37,753 nucleotides of DNA from the NCBI GenBank assembly GCA_045536565.1, contig JAZSNU010000004.1, forward strand, positions 1 to 37,753. Reading direction: 5' to 3'. Below, one piece after another: positions 19,508 through 28,395 of the stretch. The notes beneath the pieces are model-generated. The model made no database searches and was not told the DNA's origin. It worked only from the letters and a program-made list of their open reading frames with translations. The translations under genes and the position numbers were made by a program. Numbering within the stretch: the first letter of the stretch is position 1; the number at the start of each line of letters is the position of its first letter. This DNA comes from Clostridia bacterium. GTDB taxonomy: Bacteria; Bacillota; Clostridia; TANB77; CAG-465.

Positions 19508-19705
19508 ATGAATAATATGCCTATTGGATTTCTTTTTTCTTTAAGCCAAAACGATAAAGCTATGAATTTCTATTCTACTTTATCCGAAGACCAAAAGAAT
19601 TCTATATCTAGTTATATACAAACCTGTTCATCTGGTGATGAAGCAAAAGAAAAAATAACCAGAGTTATAACTAATTTAGAAAATAATAACATTTCATTTA
19701 TATAA
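19508..19705 (+). CDS. small hypothetical protein
   Basis: SD AAGGAGG before ATG 19508; MPIGFLFSLSQNDKAM. Confidence 0.7.
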   Translation: MNNMPIGFLFSLSQNDKAMNFYSTLSEDQKNSISSYIQTCSSGDEAKEKITRVITNLENNNISFI

Positions 19706-19732
19706 TAATTTTTAAAAAATTTAATTTTACTA

Positions 19733-19761
19733 TTGACAAACATATCTAAGATGAGTATAAT
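19733..19761 (+). promoter_or_regulatory. consensus sigma-A promoter of tRNA-Gly
   Basis: TTGACA-17 bp-TATAAT. Confidence 0.85.
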
Positions 19762-19780
19762 AATTAATGTACTAAGAATT

Positions 19781-19854
<74 letters not shown>

Positions 19855-19858
19855 TATG

Positions 19859-19900
19859 AAAACAACTTACGATACCATATTGGTTCGTAAGTTGTTTTTT
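19859..19900. terminator. bidirectional terminator after tRNA / MFS gene
   Basis: AAAACAACTTACGA / TCGTAAGTTGTTTT. Confidence 0.8.
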
Positions 19901-21089
19901 AATTTTCAGTTTTATAAATTAAGTGACAATATATTGGAGCGAAAGCTGTAACTATCGCCAATAATATTTTAAAGAAAATCAAGTTAGCTGTAAATGATAC
20001 TATTAACATTAAAATATAACCAATTATTCTTCCTATCCCAATTGATATAGATGTATATCCAATATATTCTTCTCTATAATTTTCTATATTACATTCTTTA
20101 ACCAAATTTCCTTTTCTAGTATTATATAATACATCAAATATACAAAAGGTAATTATATAGCAAAAATTATAAATTATTAAAGTGGTTTTATTAATATCAA
20201 TTAACAACCCTAATACCCCAAGAACAATGATTATAGAACAAAGCGTTAGTATTAATTTAGAATTTTTCTTATCATAAAATTCATTATACAACATTAAGGA
20301 TATCATTGAGCATATAGCAAATATTGTAGTTAGAACCCCCAAATTAAATGATGTTTTAAATGTCATAATTGTAATAACTATAATTAAAGTACTAATTGAA
20401 CTTTCTACAATGCCATAGGTCATCCCTGCTAAATTATATCGTTTAATTTTGTTTAGTTTATTATCTTTAATATAGTTTAAAAACCTTTTAAAACTATATT
20501 TTTCTTGTTTATAATTATCTATATCTGTTTTTATAAGTAAAGTTAATATTATTTGAATAATAGATAATACAAATACATATATAGCAATTTTAGTAAATGA
20601 ATATAATTCAATTGAAGTGCCTAATATTACAGGAGCAATTATATTAACCAATTTACCTAAGATTTTTTTAATAGACATATAATTCTTTCGATTATCATTA
20701 GTTGTTACATCTATATAAATCAATTCATGGGCACACCAATATAATATTTCAGAAAAAGCATAAATTACTGCAATTAAAACAAAATTAGTAGCAATTTTTT
20801 CTCCAAATATAACTATAAATAAAATAAACAACGCCCTAGATACAATCCCAAGAGATAATATCTGTTTGCTCTTTGAAGGATATTTTTTAATTATTTTGCC
20901 AATTAAAACATTTCCCAAACTAAGTAAAGAATGTATAATTATATAATATATTGAAATGATTGTTATATTTTCATTTGTTACTTTTAAAAAATATGCAACT
21001 AAAAAAGTTTCTATAAATACAGCAGTTAGTGTATAAATTAAATCGCTAGCGATTAATAATTTTGCATTTTTCCCTATTTTCTTCTCCAT
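19899..21089 (-). CDS. MFS-like multi-pass membrane transporter
   Basis: 396 aa, about 12 hydrophobic segments with central hydrophilic loop. Confidence 0.75.
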   Translation of the reverse strand: MEKKIGKNAKLLIASDLIYTLTAVFIETFLVAYFLKVTNENITIISIYYIIIHSLLSLGNVLIGKIIKKYPSKSKQILSLGIVSRALFILFIVIFGEKIATNFVLIAVIYAFSEILYWCAHELIYIDVTTNDNRKNYMSIKKILGKLVNIIAPVILGTSIELYSFTKIAIYVFVLSIIQIILTLLIKTDIDNYKQEKYSFKRFLNYIKDNKLNKIKRYNLAGMTYGIVESSISTLIIVITIMTFKTSFNLGVLTTIFAICSMISLMLYNEFYDKKNSKLILTLCSIIIVLGVLGLLIDINKTTLIIYNFCYIITFCIFDVLYNTRKGNLVKECNIENYREEYIGYTSISIGIGRIIGYILMLIVSFTANLIFFKILLAIVTAFAPIYCHLIYKTEN

Positions 21090-21359
21090 AAATTACTCCC
21101 TATTGATAATTGTATATTAAAATTATACACTAATTTACAATAAATTCCCATACTTTACTTGGAAAATATAGAAATCATCATATATAAAATTCTTCTAAAA
21201 TAATTAGATTGTGTATTAATTAAATAGTTAGTTTAAATCCTTCTTACCAACTTCGCAAAGCAAAAACATATGAATATGTGCTGGACTTATTAGAAAAAAA
21301 TTATTTGCTTCCTAAAAAACCCCTTAAAACTAATACATATAACATTATGCTTAATGTTT

Positions 21360-21881
21360 CTAATTAAAATTATCTTTTAACATTTTTAAAACTAATTCTC
21401 TATATTCATTATCAAAAGGAACAAATTCTTTAGAATAAAATAACTTTTTAAAATCTTCATATGTTAGCCATTTTACTTCTGAAACTTCTTCTTCCTGTAA
21501 TGCTAAATTAGAAATATCAATATCTAACTTTAATAAATATACCTGAGCAATTTCAGAAGATTTATCAGCAATGTATTCACAAATAAATTTATAATCAGAT
21601 TCAGTTGTTTCAATACCTAACTCTTCATAAGTTTCTCTAATAGCACCTTGTATAGAAGTTTCACCTGCAATAACATGTCCAGCACTTGGCATATCCCATT
21701 CATTAGGATGATTCTTTTTCAGATGAGATCGTTTTTGAACTAAAATCTCATTGTTGTTATTAACAATCCATATCCAAACTGGTTTATGATAAAATCCTGG
21801 ATTTTTACTATGGCATATTGATTTTTCTTTTGTTCCTAAATGTAATCCTTCACGTGTATAAATATCAAAAATTTCTTCCAT
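21360..21881 (-). CDS. NUDIX hydrolase (IPP isomerase type 1-like subgroup)
   Basis: LVQKRS, WDMPSAGHVIAGET...AIRETYEELGI, LQEEEV. Confidence 0.88.
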   Translation of the reverse strand: MEEIFDIYTREGLHLGTKEKSICHSKNPGFYHKPVWIWIVNNNNEILVQKRSHLKKNHPNEWDMPSAGHVIAGETSIQGAIRETYEELGIETTESDYKFICEYIADKSSEIAQVYLLKLDIDISNLALQEEEVSEVKWLTYEDFKKLFYSKEFVPFDNEYRELVLKMLKDNFN

Positions 21882-21893
21882 ATATACCCCTTA

Positions 21894-22118
21894 TTATTTT
21901 AATTTTAACATATACAATTTTCTTAAAAATCCATTTGATAAAGTTGTTTCCTTAACAAATTCAAGCCCAACTTTTTCTAATGTTTTGCAACTTCCAATAT
22001 TATTTGGATGTGCCATTGAAATAATATAATCAAACCCTAATTCTTTAGCAAGTTGTAACTCTATTGTTTGCAATTTAGTTGTTATACCATTACCTCTATA
22101 TTCTGGTAAAACAAGATG
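21894..22118 (-). pseudogene. 5'-truncated GNAT acetyltransferase
   Basis: LVLPEYRGNGITTKL (motif A) and HPNNIGSCKTLEKVG (motif B); N-terminal half missing, no SD/start. Confidence 0.75.
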
Positions 22119-22352
22119 GAATATTGTATTGTTACAATTGATACGCGTGGTCATTATACTGCTGCATCAGAATTAGAAAAAAGAGTATCAACTCGTTGCA
22201 AAGAAGGTTGGAAACCCCAAGGTGGTGTGTCAATATCTTCACGCGAAGTTGGATATAGCACTTACTACACTATGTCACAAGCAATGGTAAAATATGATAA
22301 ACCATATGAACCAGAAGAAGGAAATGGAGCATTTTTAAAAGCTCAAATTTAA
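22116..22352 (+). CDS. small protein, DUF1737-like
   Basis: ELEKRVS...EGWKPQGGVS...QAMVK pattern; no SD upstream. Confidence 0.65.
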   Translation: MEYCIVTIDTRGHYTAASELEKRVSTRCKEGWKPQGGVSISSREVGYSTYYTMSQAMVKYDKPYEPEEGNGAFLKAQI

Positions 22353-22383
22353 TTCAACTTAAATTTAAAACTTAACAAATTTA

Positions 22384-22413
22384 AAATCACTATATTCATA
22401 TATAGTGGTTTTA
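22384..22413 (+). terminator. terminator
   Basis: AAAATCACTATAT / ATATAGTGGTTTT. Confidence 0.65.
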
Positions 22414-22535
22414 TTTTATCCTTAACTTTTGTCTAAACAACCTTATGAACTTGAAAAATTAGATGTTCTATGATAATATATTTATGTTAACAATTTTGTT
22501 TATTAAATATAATTATTTAGTAGGAGGAAAAAATT

Positions 22536-23063
22536 ATGAAATCTACTGTTAAAAGCATCAGTATTAATGCAATGGGAGTTGCATTATTTGTAGTCCTATC
22601 ATTATGTTTGCAAGTTCCTGTATTTGAGAACTATTATCTATGTTTAGGATATGTAGCAATGACTGTCTACTGCTATATAATAGGAACTATAAGCGGTACC
22701 CTTACCGGAACATTAGGTGTTGTTTTGTATTGTTTGCTTATAAGCGGACTTAGAGGAATGCCTGGATGGGCAGCTGGAAATCTTGTTTTAGGTATAATCA
22801 CAGGCTTAACTTTTAAAGCTGTTAAGAAATTAAATAAACCATTACTTGAATTTATAATTTCTACAATAGTTATAACTATTGCAACAGCAATTGCAATGCT
22901 TGTAATTAAATCTGGTGTTGAATGCTTGTTATATTCTCAGCCATTCTGGTTAAGAGCTGTTAAAAACATTTATGCTTTTGTGGCAGATGCCTTCATGATA
23001 ATAATTAGTATACCACTTTGCAGATTTTTAGAACCAAAATTTAAAGAAATTATATACAAATAA
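22536..23063 (+). CDS. ECF transporter S component-like membrane protein
   Basis: 175 aa, about 6 TM, AxxxA-type first helix, YLCLG. Confidence 0.75.
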   Translation: MKSTVKSISINAMGVALFVVLSLCLQVPVFENYYLCLGYVAMTVYCYIIGTISGTLTGTLGVVLYCLLISGLRGMPGWAAGNLVLGIITGLTFKAVKKLNKPLLEFIISTIVITIATAIAMLVIKSGVECLLYSQPFWLRAVKNIYAFVADAFMIIISIPLCRFLEPKFKEIIYK

Positions 23064-23083
23064 AAATACTAGGAGGTAATACA

Positions 23084-23272
23084 ATGGAACGAACTAAAAA
23101 AACACTTACAACATATTGTAAACAGTGTCACAAATACTATGAAGTAACCAAAGAGAAAATTTTTAGTGGCGGTGAATTTAGCCAATATGCCACTCGTTGT
23201 CCGGTTTGTAAATTCGGAAGAGCACTACCTTTTAAAGAGGTAGAAGCTGTTTTCGGCAAATTAGATGTTTAA
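23084..23272 (+). CDS. small zinc-ribbon protein
   Basis: CKQC...CPVC; SD AGGAGG. Confidence 0.7.
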   Translation: MERTKKTLTTYCKQCHKYYEVTKEKIFSGGEFSQYATRCPVCKFGRALPFKEVEAVFGKLDV

Positions 23273-23306
23273 TCAAGTTAATTAATTGTATTATAAAAAT
23301 ATAAGA

Positions 23307-23344
23307 AAATCGCGATTTTCAAAAAATGAATTTCGCGATTTTTT
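23307..23344. terminator. bidirectional terminator
   Basis: AAAATCGCGA / TCGCGATTTT. Confidence 0.7.
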
Positions 23345-23345
23345 A

Positions 23346-23897
23346 TTATAACAAGATGTTTTTTATTTCTTCCCAATTATTTACCCTAGTAATATTCTCT
23401 TCTTTTAGCATTTTTTCTTCATATTTTTTATTATGATAAGCAGTATACAATAATTTTAATTTAGCACCTTTCAAATTATCAATCTTATCGTCTATCTTTA
23501 TATCACAATTAATTATAGATTTATCCCCAGTAAATATAAAATTTCTAGGATTTAAAAAATCAAACATTTTATATAAAAACTCATATTTATTTTTTAAAGT
23601 ATTTCCAGAGAATTCAATAATTTCTCTCCATAAATAATCTGTACAAATATATACTTCATATTTTTGTGATAACTCTTTTATAACATTATAACAGTTAGGC
23701 TCCAATTCTGCTTTTCCATACAAGTTCATATCTTTAAACTTTTCAAAAAACTCTTCTTTTTTATCACCTAAAATGTCTTGAATATAATACGTTTTTATAT
23801 CTTCATATCTTACTTGATATCCTAAATATTGACTTACTATTTTGATAAAATTATCACAAGTAATAACATCATCCATATCAATCATTATCGTTTTCAT
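23346..23897 (-). CDS. 5'(3')-deoxyribonucleotidase, HAD/NT5C family
   Basis: IMIDMDDVI, DKSII.CDIKIDD, TAYHN. Confidence 0.85.
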   Translation of the reverse strand: MKTIMIDMDDVITCDNFIKIVSQYLGYQVRYEDIKTYYIQDILGDKKEEFFEKFKDMNLYGKAELEPNCYNVIKELSQKYEVYICTDYLWREIIEFSGNTLKNKYEFLYKMFDFLNPRNFIFTGDKSIINCDIKIDDKIDNLKGAKLKLLYTAYHNKKYEEKMLKEENITRVNNWEEIKNILL

Positions 23898-23927
23898 TAA
23901 ATCACTTCCTTAATTGCATTTATTACG

Positions 23928-24725
23928 CTACATTTCTCTTATTTCATATTCTAAAATCTTGCATTTCTCATCTAATAAAAATTTTCCTTCAAACAGTTTA
24001 TCTTTAAATAAATAATCCGTAAACTTTTCATTCTGTTCAAATTGTTGTATATTTGGTAAATCTTCTACATTTATCCACTCTAAACTTCCTTCTATCGAAG
24101 TATCAAATAGCTCACCTTCAAAATTCTCTGCTGTATAGATAAATATAATCCCCTCATTAGAATCCTTCCAATACGAGATACCTTGTAGCTTTGGATCAAT
24201 TAAAGTTAATCCTGTTTCTTCATAGTATTCTCTACTGATACAATCTAATGGTGTTTCTCCTGATTCAAACTTTCCACCAGGAGGTGAATATACTTGTCCC
24301 CATTTTTTAGAAAATCTAATCATCAATACTTTATTGTCTTTCTTTAAATAACAGACGGTAGAGTTTAAATGTGCAACTCTATGCTTTTCTATGGTAAAAA
24401 CTACTGAACCATATTTTTCTGATTCTTCCTTGGTGTAATATCCACCGTCGTAAGTATCTTGAACAACAGCTTGAACACTATCATAATTCTCTTTAAAATC
24501 CTCTTCAAAATATTTTTCATAGCAGTCATACCAATTATTAAAAGTTTCTACTGCTTTTACATCCACTACAATCTCTTCGTCAAGATTAGGAAGTTTAAAA
24601 AATCTAATAGTATCTCCTACTCTTATTTGTTTTCTCTTTTCATCATTTAATCTATATTCTCTCTTTTTCTTACTTGCTTTTAACTCATCAAAATTTGATT
24701 CATAAAGTTTCATTATATGTTCCAT
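23928..24725 (-). CDS. ASCH domain-NUDIX hydrolase fusion
   Basis: KKKREYRLNDEKRKQIRVGDTIRF (ASCH); PGGKFESGETPLDCISREYYEETGL (Nudix box). Confidence 0.85.
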   Translation of the reverse strand: MEHIMKLYESNFDELKASKKKREYRLNDEKRKQIRVGDTIRFFKLPNLDEEIVVDVKAVETFNNWYDCYEKYFEEDFKENYDSVQAVVQDTYDGGYYTKEESEKYGSVVFTIEKHRVAHLNSTVCYLKKDNKVLMIRFSKKWGQVYSPPGGKFESGETPLDCISREYYEETGLTLIDPKLQGISYWKDSNEGIIFIYTAENFEGELFDTSIEGSLEWINVEDLPNIQQFEQNEKFTDYLFKDKLFEGKFLLDEKCKILEYEIREM

Positions 24726-24822
24726 AACATTACTTCCTTCTCCTCATTTGTTTTATTTTATCATACAATTAATATTTTACAAGTATTATCCCTTTATATA
24801 GAAAAGAATGTGGATTATCCAC

Positions 24823-25614
24823 TTAATCCACATTCACACCTTTGTTTAATAAATTTGAATTTATATAATAGTAAATTATAATTAATGCACTATAAATTCC
24901 AATTGCAAGCCACATTACATTTTTTATAACATCTATGCTTACCATTTCATTTGTTATAAACATATTCATAATATCACTGTTAAAAAGTCCTACAATAAAT
25001 ATTATACCTAATATTATGCCTTGCGTTAACATATAACATATAAAACCAAATAATATTGAAAACGGCATTTTTAAATTGTTTTTCCTATGTCCTAATATAA
25101 TTCCAGTATATCCTATTTGAACAGCAAATAGCATTTCTAAGAAAAGAATAAACACAATAACAAGTAATAAATTTAAAATTGTACTATCATATATTTCTGC
25201 TATTGGCATAAGTAAATTTTTTACTACTTGCAAATTTTCTTTTGAATAGTATGCAATAAACATACTTAATGCTATTACTATCATACTAGTAAACATAGTT
25301 ACTAATGCAGATAAGAATCTTGCTTTGTATATAGTTTGTTTTTTTACGGGAAGCGTATGTGTTAGATAAGCTTCATCTTTATATGTATTTCTTACAAATC
25401 TTGCCCATAATCTCAATATATTATTAATTAATATATTTATCATCATAGATATTGTAAAACCACTACATATTTTTGCAATAATGTCCATAACAAAAGAATT
25501 TTCTATACTAAAAAATATTCTAGTAAGAAGTGCAAACACTACTGAAAGTATATAAAAAACTATCAAAGCTTTATTATTCCATTTTAAATCATATTTTAAA
25601 AGTTTTCCTAACAT
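24823..25614 (-). CDS. ABC transporter permease
   Basis: MLGKLLKYDLK, AYLTHTLPV; about 6 TM. Confidence 0.85.
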   Translation of the reverse strand: MLGKLLKYDLKWNNKALIVFYILSVVFALLTRIFFSIENSFVMDIIAKICSGFTISMMINILINNILRLWARFVRNTYKDEAYLTHTLPVKKQTIYKARFLSALVTMFTSMIVIALSMFIAYYSKENLQVVKNLLMPIAEIYDSTILNLLLVIVFILFLEMLFAVQIGYTGIILGHRKNNLKMPFSILFGFICYMLTQGIILGIIFIVGLFNSDIMNMFITNEMVSIDVIKNVMWLAIGIYSALIIIYYYINSNLLNKGVNVD

Positions 25615-26303
25615 TTAAATCTCCTCCTAAATATCTCATCTATCGATGCATTTTCTTTATTTCTTAATTCATCAGCCGGAGATTGTAATATTATTTTACC
25701 TTTGTCTATAAATATTACTTCATCTAATATTCTCTCTATATCTGCAATTAAATGTGTTGAAATAATAACAGAAGCATTTTCTTTAAAATTAGTTAGAATA
25801 GTATCTAATATATAATCTCTTGTTGCTGGGTCTACTCCGCCTAATGGCTCATCTAAAATATATAAATCTGCCTTTCTGCTCATTACTAATATAAGTTGTA
25901 GTTTTTCTTGCATTCCTTTTGACATTTTAGATATTTTTGTATCTATGTCTAAACTTAAATCTTTAAGAAGTTTTTCTGCTTTTTCCTTATCAAAATTATC
26001 ATAAAACTCTGCAAAATATTTTATAGTTTCTTTTATTGTCATACCTTTATCTAAATATGTTCTTTCCGGTAAATATGAAATTATGTTTTTAGACATTACA
26101 TCAGGGTTCTGTCCATTTATTAACACTTCGCCTTCTGTTGGCGTAAGTAAATCATTAATTAATTTTATTAATGTACTTTTTCCTGTTCCGTTTTTCCCAA
26201 GAAGACCTATTATTTTTCCTCTTGGAATTTTTAAATTAATATCATCTAGTATAATTTTATTATCAAATTTTTTACATAGATTTTTACATTCTAAAAGTTC
26301 CAT
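25608..26303 (-). CDS. ABC transporter ATP-binding protein (YtrB-like)
   Basis: GKNGTGKST, MSKGM, LDEPLGGVD; start ATG 26303 after GGAGG. Confidence 0.92.
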   Translation of the reverse strand: MELLECKNLCKKFDNKIILDDINLKIPRGKIIGLLGKNGTGKSTLIKLINDLLTPTEGEVLINGQNPDVMSKNIISYLPERTYLDKGMTIKETIKYFAEFYDNFDKEKAEKLLKDLSLDIDTKISKMSKGMQEKLQLILVMSRKADLYILDEPLGGVDPATRDYILDTILTNFKENASVIISTHLIADIERILDEVIFIDKGKIILQSPADELRNKENASIDEIFRRRFKC

Positions 26304-26304
26304 A

Positions 26305-26667
26305 CTACTTTCCTCCAAACTCTTGCAAGTATTCAATAGCATCTTTGTATTCAATACCAATATCACTCATATCATTAATATATTTTGTAACTTTTTCTTT
26401 TGCCAATTCATTTTTTACCTTTTGAATCAATTTTGTATTTGTTGTTACAAACTTACCATTAGTTCTTTCCGTATATATTAAGCCTTCGTTTTCCAATTCT
26501 GCTAATGCTTTTTGCATAGTATTAGGATTAACTCTATATTCTAATGCTAACTCTCTTACTGAAAGTAATCTTTGTCCCTGTAATAAAGCACCTGATACAA
26601 TCTGCGTCCTTATTTTCTCAACAATTTGAATATATATTGGTCTATCATTTTCAAAATTATATTCCAC
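26305..26667 (-). CDS. GntR family regulator, YtrA subfamily
   Basis: RPIYIQI, SVRELA...VNPNTMQKAL..LE.EG. Confidence 0.92.
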   Translation of the reverse strand: MEYNFENDRPIYIQIVEKIRTQIVSGALLQGQRLLSVRELALEYRVNPNTMQKALAELENEGLIYTERTNGKFVTTNTKLIQKVKNELAKEKVTKYINDMSDIGIEYKDAIEYLQEFGGK

Positions 26668-26682
26668 AATTTTTTCCTTTCT

Positions 26683-26735
26683 TCATTGTATTACTTGCAT
26701 AATACAATGATACTATTATTTTTATCATTTGTCAA
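26683..26735 (-). promoter_or_regulatory. promoter with overlapping YtrA-type operator
   Basis: TTGACA-17 bp-TATCAT; palindrome TCATTGTATTA-N6-TAATACAATGA (26683-26710). Confidence 0.8.
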
Positions 26736-26835
26736 TATTTTATCATATAGTTTTTGTATTAACAACAAAAAACTATATGTATTAATATACACAAAAAATA
26801 GGATATTGTCATTATCCTATTTTATATTACATATA

Positions 26836-27654
26836 TTATTTCCCAAATATTCTAAGAAGCTGCACACCAAAGGCTTGATACCAAGGAGCATAATATCTTC
26901 TTTTTATTTTTTTAGACTCTACCACTTTCACATACTTATTTATTATGCTATTATATGTATCTAATTCTGTTAATTCCCATACCTTTTGTTCTACTTTCCT
27001 TATTATATCTAAATGGTTCTTAAAATATGATTTTTCTTGCATCCAGCCATACTTTTTATTACCAGTCTCCATATTAAATCCTGTTGCATATGAGCCTGGT
27101 TCTATTATACTTATCTGTATATTCGTTTTTTCTAACTTATTTAATATCTTCATTTCATCTCTAAGGCATGATGCAAAACCTTCTATTGCAAATTTACTTG
27201 ATGCATATGGTCCTAAAAATGGAAGTGCTATCCTACCTATTTGTGATGACAAAAATACCACTTTACCATTTCTTTTTTTCTCTATCATATTCTTTAGCAC
27301 TAATTGAACTATTTGTATATTACAAAATACATTTACCTTAAATACATCTTCAACTCTTTTAACATCAACCTCAGCAATACTTCCAGAATCTGCAATTGCT
27401 GCGTTGTTTATAAAGACATCGATATCATAATTTAATAATTTATTTCTATCTTCTTCATTTGTAATATCTAATTTTATTACTTCCATATCTAAATTTTCTT
27501 TCTCTTTTATATTAAGAAGTTCTTTTATTTGTTCTTCATAAAGCACAGTAGCAATTACTCTATACCCTCTTCTTGCAAGTTTTAATGCCGCCTCTTTCCC
27601 AAGTCCAGAACCTGCTCCTGTTATACATACTGTTTGTTTGTTATTTTCTTTCAT
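26836..27654 (-). CDS. short-chain dehydrogenase/reductase
   Basis: TGAGSGLG, INNAA, YASSK. Confidence 0.92.
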   Translation of the reverse strand: MKENNKQTVCITGAGSGLGKEAALKLARRGYRVIATVLYEEQIKELLNIKEKENLDMEVIKLDITNEEDRNKLLNYDIDVFINNAAIADSGSIAEVDVKRVEDVFKVNVFCNIQIVQLVLKNMIEKKRNGKVVFLSSQIGRIALPFLGPYASSKFAIEGFASCLRDEMKILNKLEKTNIQISIIEPGSYATGFNMETGNKKYGWMQEKSYFKNHLDIIRKVEQKVWELTELDTYNSIINKYVKVVESKKIKRRYYAPWYQAFGVQLLRIFGK

Positions 27655-27756
27655 AATACACACCATAAATATTATTTGCATATTTTATATATTTATTACC
27701 AATATACAAAAACACTTGATATTAATTATTTAAATCAATATCAAGTGCTATATCTA

Positions 27757-28317
27757 TTATTTTTTCTTAACAGAATACCCAAACTTACCTATTCTCTCTC
27801 CTAGTGTATAATACTGTCCATGTGAATATGCTATTAAATTACATTTTTCCATATCAAGCTTACCTGTTTCATCTAGATATTTATCATCAACATTTACAGA
27901 AAGTATTTCTGCCATAAACATATGGTGAGTACCCAATTCTTTTACTTCTGTCACCTTACATTCTATACTTACAGGACTTTCTTTTATCATTGGAGATGAT
28001 ATATTATTGCATTTTTCTAAATTTAATCCTAACTTATTCACTTTATTAACATTCCTGCCACTAGTTACACCTGCATAATCTGTTGCAAATGCTAAGTCTT
28101 TTGTAGTTAAGTTTATAACAAACTCGCCTGTCTCTTTAATCATATTATATGAATATCTTTCTGGTCTTACTGATATATATGTCATTGCAGGATCAGTATT
28201 TATTATTCCAGTCCACGCAACTGTAAAAACATTGGCTTTTTCCATATTTCCACAAGAAACTAATACTGCTGGAACAGGATATATCATTGTTCCAGGTTTC
28301 CAAGAAATTTTACTCAT
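27757..28317 (-). CDS. flavin reductase family protein
   Basis: YPVPAVLVSC, ISVRPERYSY, GEFVINL, LGTHHMF. Confidence 0.9.
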   Translation of the reverse strand: MSKISWKPGTMIYPVPAVLVSCGNMEKANVFTVAWTGIINTDPAMTYISVRPERYSYNMIKETGEFVINLTTKDLAFATDYAGVTSGRNVNKVNKLGLNLEKCNNISSPMIKESPVSIECKVTEVKELGTHHMFMAEILSVNVDDKYLDETGKLDMEKCNLIAYSHGQYYTLGERIGKFGYSVKKK

Positions 28318-28338
28318 TTTTTCCCCCTTTATATAATA

Positions 28339-28370
28339 TATACTATACTATTTTACATAGTATAGTATAT
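28339..28370 (-). terminator. hairpin after GGDEF-EAL gene
   Basis: TATACTATACTAT / ATAGTATAGTATA. Confidence 0.5.
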
Positions 28371-28395
28371 TCTTTACTTAATATATTTATACAAT

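Noticed and set aside
22119-22154. ORF-track start MTTRINCNNTIF for the GNAT
   Set aside because: It is antisense sequence of the DUF1737-like gene, not GNAT-like, and has no SD.
19855-23344. Integrative element at the tRNA-Gly 3' end
   Set aside because: Region looks variable, but I found no integrase and no duplicated tRNA 3' end in the window.
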